From contig CM075988.1 of assembly GCA_038087875.1 (NCBI GenBank), positions 11,844,001 to 11,908,000 on the forward strand: a stretch of 64,000 nucleotides of DNA. The letters are read 5' to 3'. Below are positions 24,856 through 38,939 of the stretch, in pieces. The notes under the pieces were generated by a model. It saw only the letters and a list, made by a program, of their open reading frames with translations, ran no database searches and was not told the DNA's origin. Both the position numbers and the translations under genes were made by a program. Position 1 is the first letter of the stretch. Every line of letters starts with the position of its first letter. Origin of the DNA: Malacoraja senta (taxonomy: Eukaryota).

Positions 24856-25103
24856 TACATAAAACACAAAGAGCTGGAGTAACTCAGCAGGTCAGGCAGT
24901 ATCTCTGGAAGAAGTGGATAGGTGAATCCACATTTTCCTGTTGTTTCTGGTTGGGTCCCTTCATCTGAAGAAGAGTCTTGACCCGAAATATTGTCTATCC
25001 AGGTCTTCCAGAGATGTTGCCCGACCTGCTGAGTTACTCCAGCTCTGTGTTCGATGTAAACTTTGGTGACTGTGACAGCTGGAAGTAAAGAGATTGGAAA
25101 TTG
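24856..25103 (+). repeat. 248-bp near-identical duplication, donor copy (Penelope hairpin plus unique flank)
   Basis: Matches 26571-26818 with one substitution seen by eye. Confidence 0.95.
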
Positions 25104-26520
25104 TTCTGATGACGTGATGATAACACATACGCAGAAGCAATTCTCAGTGCCACGAATCTTCACCATCCATGAAAATGAAAGGCAATTTGATTGGTAAACA
25201 CATTAATCACATTTCCTTTTGTATTTGGAAGTTTGATTAAAATCTTTGGCATGACAATCTCTTGAGCAATGGCAGGATGTTTTTGCGCTACAAGTGCAAA
25301 CCCCTACTTTAACTGTGGGACTTTTGTAAAAAGGATCACCTTGCTGATAACGCCTCAAAAGGACAAAGACAATTGAAAACCAGGAGAAAAGGCATTCCTG
25401 TCACAGGCAAAGGCTTTGGATGATAAGCCGTTCGTGAGAGCTGCCTGGGAGTGGTTGCTACTGTCACCAGTCGCAGAGAGGGAAAGCAAACTGCCATCTA
25501 TCATTGTCATTGTTCATCATCATTAAAAATATGCAGGACAGAAATGAATGGAAATTGAATTACAGCTGTTTGCAGAGTGCTAACATTACCAGTCTTCAGA
25601 TAGGGGAATCACTGCTCCTTCTTGATAGAATAAGTTTACTGGATATTTATGGGAATTACAATTACAAGGCACCAAAGTAATTTAAGTGCACATTTATTGA
25701 GATGTCTTGCATGCCACAGAGTCTGGTGGGAACACCAATCCTTTCATTTCTCAATACTCGCAGTTAAATTTCTCATATATTTTCTCTTACTATCTTGACA
25801 CATCAATAAATACCAATATCTTCAAATTTAATAGAAATTTATCGTGTTTGTTCTCAATTAGGTTCAACTTGTATTCAAACACTGAGTTGCAGATGCACAT
25901 ATGCCACTTTATTCAAAGACGTAGGCGATAATTCGACCCTATCTCTGTTTTCAACACGTTGCTGTGTCGTTAGTCATAAGTAACGAAGCATATACATTTT
26001 GTTACATCATTTGTGGTTTGTGCATGTTATGCCAGATATCTGTTTCCTTTTTGCAGAGGTACTGTGTGCCAAATGTTTAGTAAAATACCCAGAATAATAT
26101 TATTTGAGCATGACTTGTTCTGTATTTTACTTTTTAAAATAACCTTTGCTAGTTATCGGTTTAGTTTATAGTCACGTGTACTGAGGTACGGTGAAACGCT
26201 TTTGTTGCATGCTAAACCGTCAGCATAAAAACAAAACATGATTGAGTATTTTGCTGAGTAATTATGGATATTTGCAACAAGCATCCTGTTACTTGCGACC
26301 CTTTTATCTATTCCAGCGCAACGCTGGAACAGATGGTACTGCTATCCTACAGCTCAACTACCTGGGTTCATTCCCAATCTTGGATACTGTCTGTGGAAGG
26401 CTTGAGTGCTCAATTAGTGACTGTGTATTTCCCCTGGCGCTCTGGCTCCTTTGTACATCCCAAATAAATTGTTTATTGTCTACTGTACGTGAGACCTGAT
26501 GTTGGGGGACAGCAAGATGG

Positions 26521-27062
26521 GTTTAGTTTAGAGATGCAGCGCAGAAACAGGCCCTGTGGCACACCGAGTCTACATAAAACACAAAGAGCTGGAGTAACTC
26601 AGCAGGTCAGGCAGTATCTCTGGAAGAAGTGGATAGGTGAATCCACATTTTCCTGTTGTTTCTGGTTGGGTCCCTTCATCTGAAGAAGAGTCTTGACCCG
26701 AAATATTGTCTATCCAGGTCTTCCAGAGATGCTGCCCGACCTGCTGAGTTACTCCAGCTCTGTGTTCGATGTAAACTTTGGTGACTGTGACAGCTGGAAG
26801 TAAAGAGATTGGAAATTGGAAGAGACAGCAATCATCTGTACATTAGTTCCATCCAACACACTAGGGACAATTTACAGAAGCTAAAGAACTTACAAACCGG
26901 CATGACTTTGGAATGTGTAAGGAAACCAGAGCACTCAGAGAAAACCAATGCGGTCACAAAGAGAACGTTCAAATTCTGTACAGACAGCACCTGTAGTCAG
27001 GATGGAACCCAGGTTTCTGGCCCTGTAAGGCAGCAATTCTACCGCTGCACCACTGTGTCGCT
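26521..27062 (-). mobile_element. V-SINE interrupted by the 248-bp copy at 26571-26818
   Basis: SINE tail at 26521-26570, body and head at 26819-27062. Confidence 0.85.
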
Positions 27063-27271
27063 ACTCCGGATGGAAATGATGTGTATGTGAGTGAGAATAC
27101 CTTGTATGGAACTAAGTGGAGGATGGCATTGGTGGGATTGTTATGTGACCCAGCACATAGTTGATGGACCAAATGGCCTCGTTCTATGTTGTAAGAGAAT
27201 ACAAGAATAGAATCCACCAAAATACAATACTGTTTTTATTTAGATTTTCAAAGCTAGTTCATTGAATTCTA

Positions 27272-27592
27272 CGGCATGCTGGCACAGCGGTAGAGTTGCT
27301 GCCTTACAGCGCTTTCAGCGCAGGAGACCCTGGTTCGATCCCAACTATGGGTGCTGTCTGTACGGAGTTTGTACGTTCTCACCGTGACTGTGTGGGTTTT
27401 CTCTGAGATCTTCGGTTTCATCCAACACTGCAAAGACGTACAGGTTTGTTGGTGAATTTGCTTGGTATAAGTGTAAATTGTCCCTAGTGTATGTAGGATA
27501 GTGTTACTAAGTGGGGGGTCGCTAGTCGGCATGGGCTCAATGGGCAGAAGGGCCTGTTTCCGTGCTGTATCTCTGAATTAAACTAAACTAAA
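27272..27592 (+). mobile_element. HE1/V-SINE-like SINE
   Basis: ggttcgatcc B box; (AAACT)n tail. Confidence 0.9.
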
Positions 27593-27696
27593 AAAAATCA
27601 CAGGAACTCATGCCTTTACAGTTGATGTCTCAAAACCTAATGGGTGCTTCCTTTCAATAGTCGAGGAGCATGAGAAGCTGACGATGTTAAAAGTTG

Positions 27697-27935
27697 AGGA
27701 CACAGGTTTAAGGTGAGGAGGGAAAGATTTAATAGGAACCTGAGGGGAAACCTATTTAACACAAAGGGTGGTAGGTGTTTGGAACAAGCTGCCAGAGAAG
27801 GTCGTTGAGGAAGGTATTATCACAGCATTTAGGATTAATTAGACAGGAACATGAATAGATTTGGAGGGGTATGGGCCAAACGCAGGCAGGTGGAATTAGT
27901 GTAGATGGGGTATGTTTCCATGCTTTATGACTCTA
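27697..27935 (+). mobile_element. CR1 3' fragment
   Basis: aaggtgaggagggaaagattt...tggaacaagctgccaga. Confidence 0.85.
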
Positions 27936-28354
27936 ACTGCAGCTCCGATCCACTCTCCTGGAACTAATCCTCTGACTGACCACTGATGCATTTATCTCCA
28001 CACTCAACTACAAACCAAATTATAAGTAAATTAGCTCTAAAGATTGGAATTCTATCCTCCCAATTTTTCCCTTCCAGATCTTGCCTAAAAATCTGTTCTT
28101 GTGACCAAGATTAACCCCCTAATGTCTCTGGGATTGCTTATTTCTCTGATCATCGCCTTGGGATGTTTCATGATGTTTGAAAGGAAGCAATATGATTGTC
28201 ATGATGTGCATTTTTGAACCTCCTGTCTTGAAATAACAAAAAGCAGACTTCATGGGGAGGAAGTTTGTCCTTGGATGTAGGGGCTCAATGAATATGTAAA
28301 TTTAAAATGGACAGGTCAGAAAAAGCATGTGAAATGGGAAACAAAAGAGTAACA

Positions 28355-28905
28355 CCAAAAGCTGGAGTAACTCAGCGGGGACAGGCAGCATCTCTGGAGA
28401 AAAGGAATGGGAACGTCATCCATCCCTTCTCTCCAGAGATGCTACCTGTCCCGCTGAGTTATTCCAGCTTTTTGTGTCTATCTTTGGTTTAAATAAGCAT
28501 CTGCAGCTCCTTCGTACACAACAAAAGAGAAACAGTCTGAAGAAGGGTCTCGATTCGAAACGTCACCCATTCCGTATATCCATTCCTTCTATCCAGAGAT
28601 GTTGCCTGTCCCGCTGAGTTACTCCAGCATTTTGTATCTATCTTTGGTTTAAACAAGCATCTACAATTATACCGTCGCATTGCTGAACTCGGAGTCCCGC
28701 CGATAGATTCCTCCGGTCCCTCCGTCCCCATTGTTAATTATTCTGTATTTTTGATTATTCTGTATCCTCTTTTTTTTTTTTTAATTTCTATATTGCACTA
28801 CTACTACGGACTGACGCAAAACTGCATTTCGTTGTACCCATACTCAGTATTTGTGCAATGACATTAAAGTTGAATTGAATTGAAATCTACAGTTTCTTCC
28901 TACAA
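28355..28905. mobile_element. Penelope-tail cluster (hairpin plus second + unit) with a Rex1-like tail inserted at 28669-28884
   Basis: Core ctgaagaagggtctcgattcgaaacgtc at 28537-28564; insert ends (TTGAA)n and is flanked by atctacaatt / atctacagtt. Confidence 0.8.
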
Positions 28906-30414
28906 CAAAATCAACTTATCAGGTCTGAAACTCTTTGTTGGAATAAAAGTGGTCTTGGGTCTTGCTCAAAATATCATTGGATCATGGAAGAGCAATTAAA
29001 AAGTGCAGTCACGTAACTGTGGCATTGTGTGCTTTTACTGCTCAAAACTAAATTTCTACACTACAGATTTGTATGCAGACAATGTTTCCATGATGGTCTA
29101 TCTAATTTTGATTGGCTGACAACTGGAAAATGAGCATGAGAATGAAAAATAATCATTTATTTTATTTTCAAGGCCACCCAAGATATGAAGTAAAGATGCA
29201 TTGAAATCTTTTCCCCATTAATTCCTCATAACTGAAGCATAAAAATATTATTTGGGCTTGGCTTCGCATTGAGTGAAATTTCAATGATTCCAGATTTAAG
29301 TCCACTTTTTAGGAATGTCCTCTTTCAATTCAATGAAAATGGTTATTTTAATGAAAACTGATGGGTATCCCAGTTAGACAATTATATCCTTTTCTGTTAT
29401 CAATGTATGCATTTTTTAGCTGACACCATCAATTAGGGTCAATGGTGTAATCAAATGGAAGTGTGTTAGCTTTGGTGAATGTTCAATTTGCATCAAACAC
29501 TTCTATGTCAGCTTTAAGCACAAGATAAAAATCAGGATAAAGCACTATTCATTAGCAAACTACAATCCTCAACATCAGAATGAAAGGAAGTACATTCTAC
29601 TACTGCAGACATAATTCTATTCCACATCCCATTCATCTCTTCCTGTTGTAAACTGTTAAGTTAGTTGCAATAAGAAGTGAAATCATTGTATTTTGTCCTT
29701 GGCCCCATTGGAATTCAGATTGATGGGACCCAAGCAACATTCAATTCAGAGATACTAGGAACTACAAATGCTGTTTTACAAATATAATGCTGAAGTAACT
29801 CAGCGGGTCAGGCAGCATCTCAGGAGGACGTGGATAAGTGACGTTTTGGGTCATGAGCCAAACTATATCCAATGTAGGATTCTTAGTGGAATAAAACATT
29901 CATCCCTTCTGAGGTTTGACCCATTCTCAAAGTTTAAAGGGTGGCAACTTTAAACCATTGTCTTCCAAACAAGCTTAGTGTGAACATGTCCAGAACTCAC
30001 TTCAATGAGTAGCTTGAATATAATTCCTGGAATAAATTAGATTTCTTAAATTATGTATGTAAATGGAGACTGAACAAGTGTATGCTGGGAATGGTTCATT
30101 ACTAATAGCTTCCTATTAATCTGCTTTAAATCAACAAATTGGCAAGTTAAGTTTATGCAGGTTATCAGATGACGTTAGAGGAAATACATTATTTAAAGGA
30201 TGACTCTCTTTATAAAAAAGAGCCTGAAGTTTGTCTTGTGATTATCTAGTTAACATAAGAATCTTAATATGATATAGAATAGAGAAAACAAATTCCAATG
30301 AATGAGTAGAATGTACTTGATTGCCAATACAGCTTGCGGGCAGGTGCATAAACTCCATCAGTATACCTGTAGACAAGTTTTCAAAAAAGGTCCAAACTAA
30401 TGATTTGGGGAAGC

Positions 30415-30855
30415 TATACACAAAATGCTGAAGTAACTCAGCATGTCAGGCAGCATCTCTAGAGAAAAGGAGTAGGTGACATTTTGAGTCTTCATCAGCT
30501 AAGGTGGAAACTAGCGATATGAAGAGGTACAAAGAACAAATGAATGAAAGACATGCAAAGGGTCAAATCAAAGCCAGCAACGATGATCAAGGTCCATTGT
30601 TGACTGTGGAGAAGGTGATAACCGTGAAACCAAGCAGGACAACAGTGAAACTATGAGGACGACTAGGATGGGGGAGAGAGAGAGAGATAATGCAAGGGTT
30701 ACTTGAAGTTAGAGAAATCAATACTCTTACCATTGGGTTGTAAGCTGCCCAAGCAAAATATGAGGTAATGTTCCCCCAATTTGCATTTGACCTCACTCAG
30801 ACAGTGGCGGAGGCTCAGGACAGAAAAGTCAGATTGGGAAGAGGAGTTAAAGTGA
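30415..30855 (-). mobile_element. Penelope-like element 3' fragment (end of GIY-YIG domain plus tail)
   Basis: Homologous to 38460-38939 (gctgcccaagcaaaatatgagg, ccaatttgcattt). Confidence 0.8.
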
Positions 30856-31887
30856 TATTGTACTAATTAGTTCTTGCCTCAACCAAACCTCCCATATAGG
30901 TATCAGTACAATCTATACATGCCACACCCTATTGAAGACTTACTCTGTGGGTTTAATACATTTGCACAATCAATCCATCACTTTCCCAATTCGACGTCAT
31001 TTTGACAAATTGGGGGTGGGCATATCAATGCAGATTCCTGGTCTTGACACCCAGGTGCAGAATCTAAATTTGCCAAAGTGCTCCTTTGACATCTTTACAA
31101 ATAGCTGATCTTATTGCAGTCGAAATGTGCAGGTCTTTATGCTGAGCAAGATGCATTCTATATTTCCCCAATGACTATTAGCATGTATATTTGTACAGTA
31201 CACAGATGGGAGTGTCTGCATTCCAATGAATGCTGGCTTTGTGTTAAACTGCAGATGGATTACACCTACTCTTCAAAACCAATTAGGTTGAAAGAATGAG
31301 TATGAAGCAGTGTTGAAGCACATGTTGTATACAATTAAAACGAGGTTAGGTAATTAAATAAAAAAGCAATACTCGAGAAGCTTTTACGTGAGTTTCATTT
31401 TCTTTTGTCCCATCAAACAATGGTTACAATGAACATGGAGTGTCTTGTTCTACAACATCACAACGTTGAGCTGCATAATTCATTCAATGGGTATTTACTC
31501 TTTAAGTAGATCTTTGTTTTACATTCAAGCAGGCTTGATTGTTCACTTTAGTCATTTTCAAGCAATGTGAAATCAATCATTTTGCTATTGTAATAGAAAT
31601 AACTTCTATTTTATTCAGTGCTTTATTTTGAGAGAAAAGGATGATTACTGTACTTTGTGTTAAGATTTGGAGAACACCAAATGTGTGTTCCTAATTCAGG
31701 AAAAGAAGCTGTGAAAAATTCTGTATCAAACACACATTGTCACACAATACAAACTATGGCCATTTATTCACAAATCGTTCAGAAATTACACAAAAAATAA
31801 CATGGCAGAAGGGACTGAAATGTCAATAAAGGTTGCATTTTTAAGATGTGCCACCAAAGAGCAGTGCTCATACAGTTTGTGATTCAT

Positions 31888-32197
31888 GGGTGGCACGGAG
31901 GCGCAGCAGTAGAGCTACTGCCTTACAGCGCCAGAGACGTGGGTTCGATCTTGACTACGGGTGCTGTCTGTATGGAGTTTGTACATTCTCTCCGTGACCT
32001 GCGTGCATTTTCTCAGAGATCTTCGGTTTCCTCCCACACCCCAAAGACGAACAGGTTTGTAGGTTAATTGGCTTGATATGAGTGTAACATTGTCCCTAGT
32101 GTGTGTGTAGGACAGTGTTAATGTGCAGGGATCGCTGGTCGGCGTGGACTCCTTGGGACGAAGGGCCTGTTCCCGCGTTGTATTTCTAAAACTAAAA
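31888..32197 (+). mobile_element. HE1/V-SINE-like SINE
   Basis: Head, B box gggttcgatc, shared body and tail. Confidence 0.9.
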
Positions 32198-32254
32198 AAT
32201 AACACCAAGAAAATCGTCAATTACACCTGAAACACAGAGAAGCAAAATGCACAC

Positions 32255-32810
32255 AGTGCTATTCATCGTCTTTGGTATAGTGGATAGTGAAGATTGTCCA
32301 AGGAGGATCTATATGAACTGAAAAAGTTGGTAAAGGGTATGGCAGGTGGAATGGTGTTACCTTTTTGGAAGTTAAATCAGGGCAAGGTGTACACAGTGAC
32401 TGTCAGGGTCCTGTGTAGTGTTGTGGAACAATGAGACCTTGGGGTAGAAGTACATTGTCTAGATGTGTTGCCACTTTCAGGGAACTGAGTGGTGGAGGAG
32501 GCATATGGTGGTATGCTTGCTTTCATTGACCCAGGCATTGAGTATGGGAGCTGGGATGAAATGTTATAGTTGTACAGATCATTAGTTTGTCCTCGTATTG
32601 AATATTGTGTGCAGTTCTGGTCATGTAGTCTGAGTGTAATACACCAAGGAAGCAACTTGGCCATGCTGACCTAGATACCCATCTAAGCTACTTGCATTTG
32701 CTTATGTGAGGTTCAAATCTATCTTCATTCCAATCCATGTACCAGATTACATCTCTTTTAAATATTATAATTGTTGCTGCCTCATCCACCTTTGCTGCTG
32801 GTTGGTTATA
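32255..32810. mobile_element. Two CR1 fragments, + (32255-32625) then - (32625-32810)
   Basis: gaatattgtgtgcagttctggtc (EYCVQFWS); reverse tail fragment. Confidence 0.7.
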
Positions 32811-33204
32811 TAATCATAATTTTGACTCCAATCTGCAAAAAACCTTGAATTTTTCAAAAATTAATATAAAATAAAAAAATAAAGGTAGTCTAATTTATAT
32901 TGTGGCATTGCAGGTCGCTAGGACAGTTGGCATTACAAATGTCCAACTTATGGACACGCCTGCATATGAACGAGCTCCCATAATATTATTAAATTCGTTA
33001 ATCACCTCCTCTAAATTTGAAGAGAGAGGTAACTGAAGTACTTATAATGAAAAGAGAGGGCATTGTAGGTATGCAGAAATTATTCCTTCTCGGAGAATAC
33101 AAAGGAATTGGAGCAAAACCCTTAAATTGCAATCAGAATATTGAGAAGAAGAAGTGAGATCAAAATTCTGGACTTGTTGCAAAGAACAAAAATAACTTGT
33201 TACA

Positions 33205-33350
33205 AACCCTTCCCTATTTCTATGTCTCTCTCGCCCCTGACTCTCAGTCTGAAGAAGGGTCTCGACCCGAAATGTCACCCATTCCTTCTCCTCAGAGATG
33301 CTGGCTGTCCCACTGAGTTATTCCACCATTTTGTGTCTATTTTTGGTGTA
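33205..33350 (+). mobile_element. Penelope 3' tail
   Basis: ctgaagaagggtctcgacccgaaatgtc at 33249. Confidence 0.85.
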
Positions 33351-33491
33351 ATCTTAATTTTATCTTAATTATTTAATTACAACATTAATCTATAAACAGT
33401 GTTGGGCTTGAGCTACCTTGAAAAAATGTGATGAAAGACTTGATGATTGTAAATATGACTCTTGATATCAATGTGCCCTTTGTGGTTATTT

Positions 33492-33850
33492 GATAGAAGT
33501 ATATACAATTATGCGAGGCATAGATAGGGTAGAGCGTCAGAAACTTTCTCCTAGGATGGAAAAATCAATACCAGGGGGCATAGCTTTCAGCTGAGAAAGG
33601 CAACGTTTAAGAGAGATGTGCAGGGCATGGTTTTTTTTTACACAGAGAGTAGAGAGTGCCTGGAACACACTATGGGGGATGGTGGATGAGGCAAATATGA
33701 TAGAAGCATTTATGAGACTCTTGGATTGGCATATGGATATACAGGAAATGGGGTGGATATGGATGACATGCAGGAAGATGGGAATTGGTCTTGGCATCAT
33801 GTTCGGCATGGACATTGTGGGCCAAAGGGCATGTTCTATGTTAAATTCTG
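33492..33850 (+). mobile_element. CR1 3' fragment
   Basis: FFTQRVESAWNTL peptide; gggccaaagggcatgtt. Confidence 0.85.
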
Positions 33851-35877
33851 TGAGTAAATGGTAGGATTAAAAATAACTAAATGTTAACGCGCAATCAATT
33901 GATGTGGTTCAAATTGGTTCATTTGTAATTGGTTCGTGCTATTTTTTCAGGTATAAATGAATGATTGTAATATTGCCAGCGATAACCATAGGATTAAATG
34001 TACAGTAAAAATTACTAGATTACAAATAATCCATGCAATAATTTTTGCATATATGTACAACATGGTCATTGTTCTCAACATTTATATTTTCAAAAACAAT
34101 TTGATTATGACCCTGATTATATCAACATTTTTTGGAAAGGGTTTGTTTGATAAATTGTTGAGAAATTTGAAATCACATCTTTAATTTTCAATGTAAATCT
34201 TATGAATGGTTCCCTTTTACCATCCATCCAGCTGTTTGACAGGTTCATCCAACACTATTTAAATTAGTCTTTCTGTTCCATGAATGTCTTTCATTCTGAT
34301 ACTGTTCGCTTCCAAATATATTGCATATAAATTTATCCACTGTGTGTATTGACTATTCCAGCAACACAGAACAAGGAATTGATTGATACAGCAGAATAAA
34401 ATAGGTTGAAGCAATCTGCAAGAAGAGTATTTCTGTTTTTTATGGCAGGCATTTGGAAATGATTGAAATATAGAAAAACTGCCACTTTTCATTTATTTGG
34501 AAAGTGGTGTCATAAATGCTCTGCTATTCAGTGACTGATCTGCTTGCAATGTAGCCCTTTATTCATGGTTATAGATGATGGAAGCTGTATTTTTATTTCA
34601 AAATTCTAAACAGTGAATTACTGCAAAATATCCACACCTGAAAACACAATTTTCTAGTGAGACCAAAATAAGTAACGCGGTTGGCAAAAACAAATTAGTC
34701 AATACTTGCTTTTGTATGCATTTCAAGAAAAGTACGTTCTAATGTTCTGAATTCATTGATGATGGGAGAATATTTAACACGCAATTAGTGTCGCCTTTAA
34801 ATTGATGGTCAGACAATCCCTCAACTCAAATTCTACTAAAATCTGAACATAGAAGTAGAAAATGAACTAATAGCCTGTGCAGTTTTTCTCTAATTTAATT
34901 TCAAACTATTATAAGCAGGTTCAGAGTCAGAATGGCCATAAAGCAGGAATTAGCATCAATTTACATTCAATCAAATTACATTGCTGTTCACTCTGTTTGT
35001 CTCATGCTTGAGAGGTCAAACCATTATATCACACACTGAAACATAACTGTTCATCCGTACATTTCATTTAATGGGTCATGGCTGTTGTTTGTCAGCTTTT
35101 GGGCCGTAATTAGGAGAATTCTTTGGAAGGAAATTAAGACCACATGTAATAATGGTTTCAATGGCAATTGATCTTATCACAGTCTTGGTAAAAGCGATTT
35201 AAATTGTGAAGTCCAAATTTGACCTCTACAAATTGGCATATGTTCCAAGTGCATTATGTTACCATGCATGAAAAGCTCTGTGTCAAATGAGTTGCATCAT
35301 GCTACACAATTTGTATTTTAATTAGTGGCTACCATAGTTTGCCCAGAAGATAGCCGGAGCCACTGGATAAAAACAAGCCATCCACACTGATCGGTCTCTC
35401 CTATGTGTATAATCCATACTCTATTTCTCATCCATGTCAACCTTACCTTTAATTTATTTCTCTCTCACACTTTTATATCTTTTCCTTGAATACATAAATA
35501 CAATTTGTCTCAATCTGTCTTCATAGTAACAGCGTCAACATTCTACAATTAGAGGTTTCTCCAGAGTCACTTTGGATCAATTAGTGTCTACCTTACAGCC
35601 TCTGGTTTTGACCTTTCCCTCAAGGACAAGGAGCTTATCTCTGTCCATATATTTTCCAAACCCCTTCTTAATTTCAACGGCTTCTAATGGATCGCCACAC
35701 TCTTCTCTCTACCAGAGCAAAGAGCTCAAGATTATTGATGGGCTTTTGTTTTACACAAACAGCCACAAGCAAAAAACAAATATGAAGGAATCATACATTC
35801 TCTCACATGATAATCAATTTAAAAGTTCAGTTTTGTTTCACTGTGGTGGGTCACAAATTTGTGATTGCCATTTCTTG

Positions 35878-36260
35878 AGAGTCAAGATGTTTAATTATCA
35901 TATAACTGAGCAAAGAAATTCTTACTTGCAGCAGCATGATAGGCTTGTGAACAAAATACACGAGATAAGAAACACAAATTCAATAAATTAATAAGCCCAA
36001 TACTAGTGCAAAAAAAAGTAATTGGTACACCCAAAGATGGTCCATAGTTGAGGTAAATGTTTTGTCGTGTTCGAGAGCCTGATGGTTGTTGGTTAGAAGC
36101 AATTCTTGGACCCGGTGATCACGGTTTACAGGCTCCAATACCATCTTCACAATGGAGTGAAATGAGAGCATGACCAGGGTGGTTTGGGTTTTTGATGATT
36201 CTGGCTGCTTTCTAGGGGCAACGCCTCCGATGGATCTCTTTGATGTGGGTGCAGACACAG
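35878..36260 (-). mobile_element. Rex1/Babar-like LINE 3' fragment
   Basis: gaaattcttacttgcagcagca tail; gagcctgatggttgttgg; gatgattctggctgc. Confidence 0.65.
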
Positions 36261-36479
36261 AGAGAAAAGGAGGAAACGCTCTATGATAGTCCTAATGCAC
36301 ATTGAAAGCAGTAATAGGTCCACCTCTTTAGGATGGAAAATAGTAAACACAAGCATTAACACCAGCCAGGTTGGCAGACTTTGGTTTGTGTGAGGGGACA
36401 TTCCCCAACACTGAGTGTGGTTGGATATTTAACTCGTCGTAAAAAATCACAAATGGCCAAAAAGACATAGAAACTTAAA

Positions 36480-37078
36480 TAAAAACAGGAAATGCTTGCA
36501 AAGCTCAGCAGGTCGGGTGGTATCGATGGAAAATGACAAATGGTTGGCACTGCAGAAGACCTCTGACCTAAGATGATATATTTTGTTTCCCTTTCCACAG
36601 CTGCTGCCTGACCTGCTGGTATTTCCAACAATTTCTGTTTTAATTTCAGATTTTCCGCGTATGTAGTTTTTTACAAAAATACAAGCTAAGCCTTTATGAC
36701 CTCTGTACATCATAATGGACAGTAACTGGCACCAATTATGGAAACGTGTTTGGTTTAAATGAAACGAGCGCAAAAGCCGGAAATAGTAAAATGCTGGAAA
36801 TTCTCAGCAGGTTGTGCCACATCTGTGGGCAGAGAAATAGTTAACTTTGTCTCAACTCTGTTGTTCATTCCAGAGATGTTGACCTACTGAGTATTTCCGG
36901 CATTTTCTGTTATAATTTCAGTGTCTCAAATAAATATGGAAACCAAGAACAGCAGTTCCTGGTTTATACCAAAGGTAGACACAAAGTGCTGGAATAACTC
37001 AGCACGCAAGAGCAGGCAGCATTCTCCAGAGATGCTGGCTGACCCACTGAGTTAGTTCAGTACTTTGTGTCTACCTTT
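36480..37078. mobile_element. Three consecutive Penelope-tail-type hairpins (36480-36660, 36785-36920, 36940-37078)
   Basis: Inverted arms aatgctggaaattctcagcagg / cctactgagtatttccggcatt and similar; central core eroded or absent. Confidence 0.65.
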
Positions 37079-38250
37079 AAAATAAATGTAATTTTTTTGG
37101 AGAAGACCAAAACAATTGTTAACTCAACCGAACACAGATATGAATGAAACAGATATTAATTTTAAACTTAAGACCATAATACTGCCATATGATCTGCGTG
37201 ATTTAATGGGGTTCAAATGACTCCCAACATCCTAAAAGTGGCACATTTGCATGCACAAATGTGTACTTCATCTCCTGAATAATAACGTCTTGATGGTTGT
37301 GTTGTGGAGGCACAGCTCTGGAGAATTGGTGGCTGAGAAATTCAAATGTCATTACTGCAGAATAATTGTGTTAATATGATTCACAGAAAGTATAATTAGA
37401 GCAATATTTTGCAACCATAATGAAAAATTACAGGGGAATTATGTGCTTGCTATAATATATACAGACTACACGGATGAACAGATAGTGATGATGTCTGTAA
37501 TTAAACAACTAAGGGCACGGTTTGTTGATAGCTTGTCCTTTCATTGCTGCATGAGAGCCAGAGTCCAGCCTGGATTTATGGAATGAAGCGTTTCCCTGTG
37601 GCATCTCCGAACAATCTTTAGCCAAACACGTTTGGACAGTTTTAGTCCAGACTAAATATGCACGCAAGAGACAGCAGATGCCCAAATCTTGGAAAACAAA
37701 ACTACCTGGTGGAGAAACTAAACAGGCGAAGTAACTTCTATGGAGCTAAATGAACAGATGACATTTCGGATCCAGAGAAGGGTCCTGACTTGCAACCTTG
37801 TCCGTCTATTTCCCTCCACAGTAGATATTGGCGAGTGTCCATCAGAAAAGTATTCTGAATTCAACATTCAATGGTTCAAGATCTTTCATGATGGAGTGAG
37901 GAAAATATGGGAGTGTCTTTTTCTAGCCATGCATTTTAATTTAGATTAAGAAGGCCAAAGGTGTGTTGAAGCTGTGACTGCAGGGTTTATTTTAATTTGT
38001 TCTAGTTTTGCACCAGTATTTACTGGGAAAGGGTCTCAATGAAGGTAGTGGCATAAATTATGTTTTAATTCCATTGTGCATAAACCTTAGATTTGGAAAT
38101 GGCCAAATACGACCTTCACTGACGTTTGCCCATCAATTGGTGGGGACCACTATGGAGCACGAGCAGATCGATAGGAGCGTTTTTAATGCTCATTGGATGT
38201 GGATTTTCCAGGCAACTGCAGCATTTATAATCCATTCTTTGATCTGAGTA

Positions 38251-38939
38251 AGACGGAACTGCAGATGATGGTTTAAACCGAAGATAGACACAAAAAGCTG
38301 AAGGAACTCAGCGGGACAGGCAGCATCTCTGGAGAGAAGGAATGGGTGACATTTCAGGTTGAGACCCTTCTTCAGACAGGTTGGGGATAAGGGATAGGGA
38401 TATACATCAACGAGACCAAGCGCAGACTGGGCGATCGTTTCGCGGAACACCTTCGCTCAGCCCACTTGAACCAACCTAATCTCCCGGTTGCTGGACACTT
38501 TATTTCTCCTTCCCATTCCTATTCAGACCTTTCTGTCCTGAGTCTCCTCCATTGTCAGAGTGAAGCTAAACGCAAATTGGAGGAACAGCATCTCATTTTT
38601 TGCATGGGCAGCTTACAGCCCAGTGGTATGAATATTGATTTCTCTCACTTCAGGTAGCCCCGGCATTCCCTCTCTCTCTCTCTCTCTCTATTCCTCCTCC
38701 ACCCAAGTTGCAGTAGCTTCACATTTTCACCTTACAAACAGCTTACAATGGCCTGTTTCCTTTATCATCATTACTCTTTTGCATATCTTTCATTCATCGT
38801 TCTTCATCTCTCCACATCACCGTCTATATCTCTCGTTTCCCTTCTCACTAACCCTAACGTCTCGACCTGAAACATCACCCATTCCTTCTCTCCAGAGATG
38901 CTGCCTGTCCCGCTGCATTACTGCGGCTTTTTGTGTCTA
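38251..38939 (+). mobile_element. Penelope-like element: inverted tail, GIY-YIG C-half, tail
   Basis: YINETKRRLGDRFAEHLRS...PVAGHF...RKLEEQHLIFCMGSLQPSGMN; 15-bp flanking repeat tctttgatctgagta (38236-38250, 38940-38954). Confidence 0.9.

Noticed and set aside
32905..32997. Possible Tigger/mariner-like MITE end (tacaaatgtccaacttatggaca)
   Set aside because: No partner TIR found; too degenerate to support.
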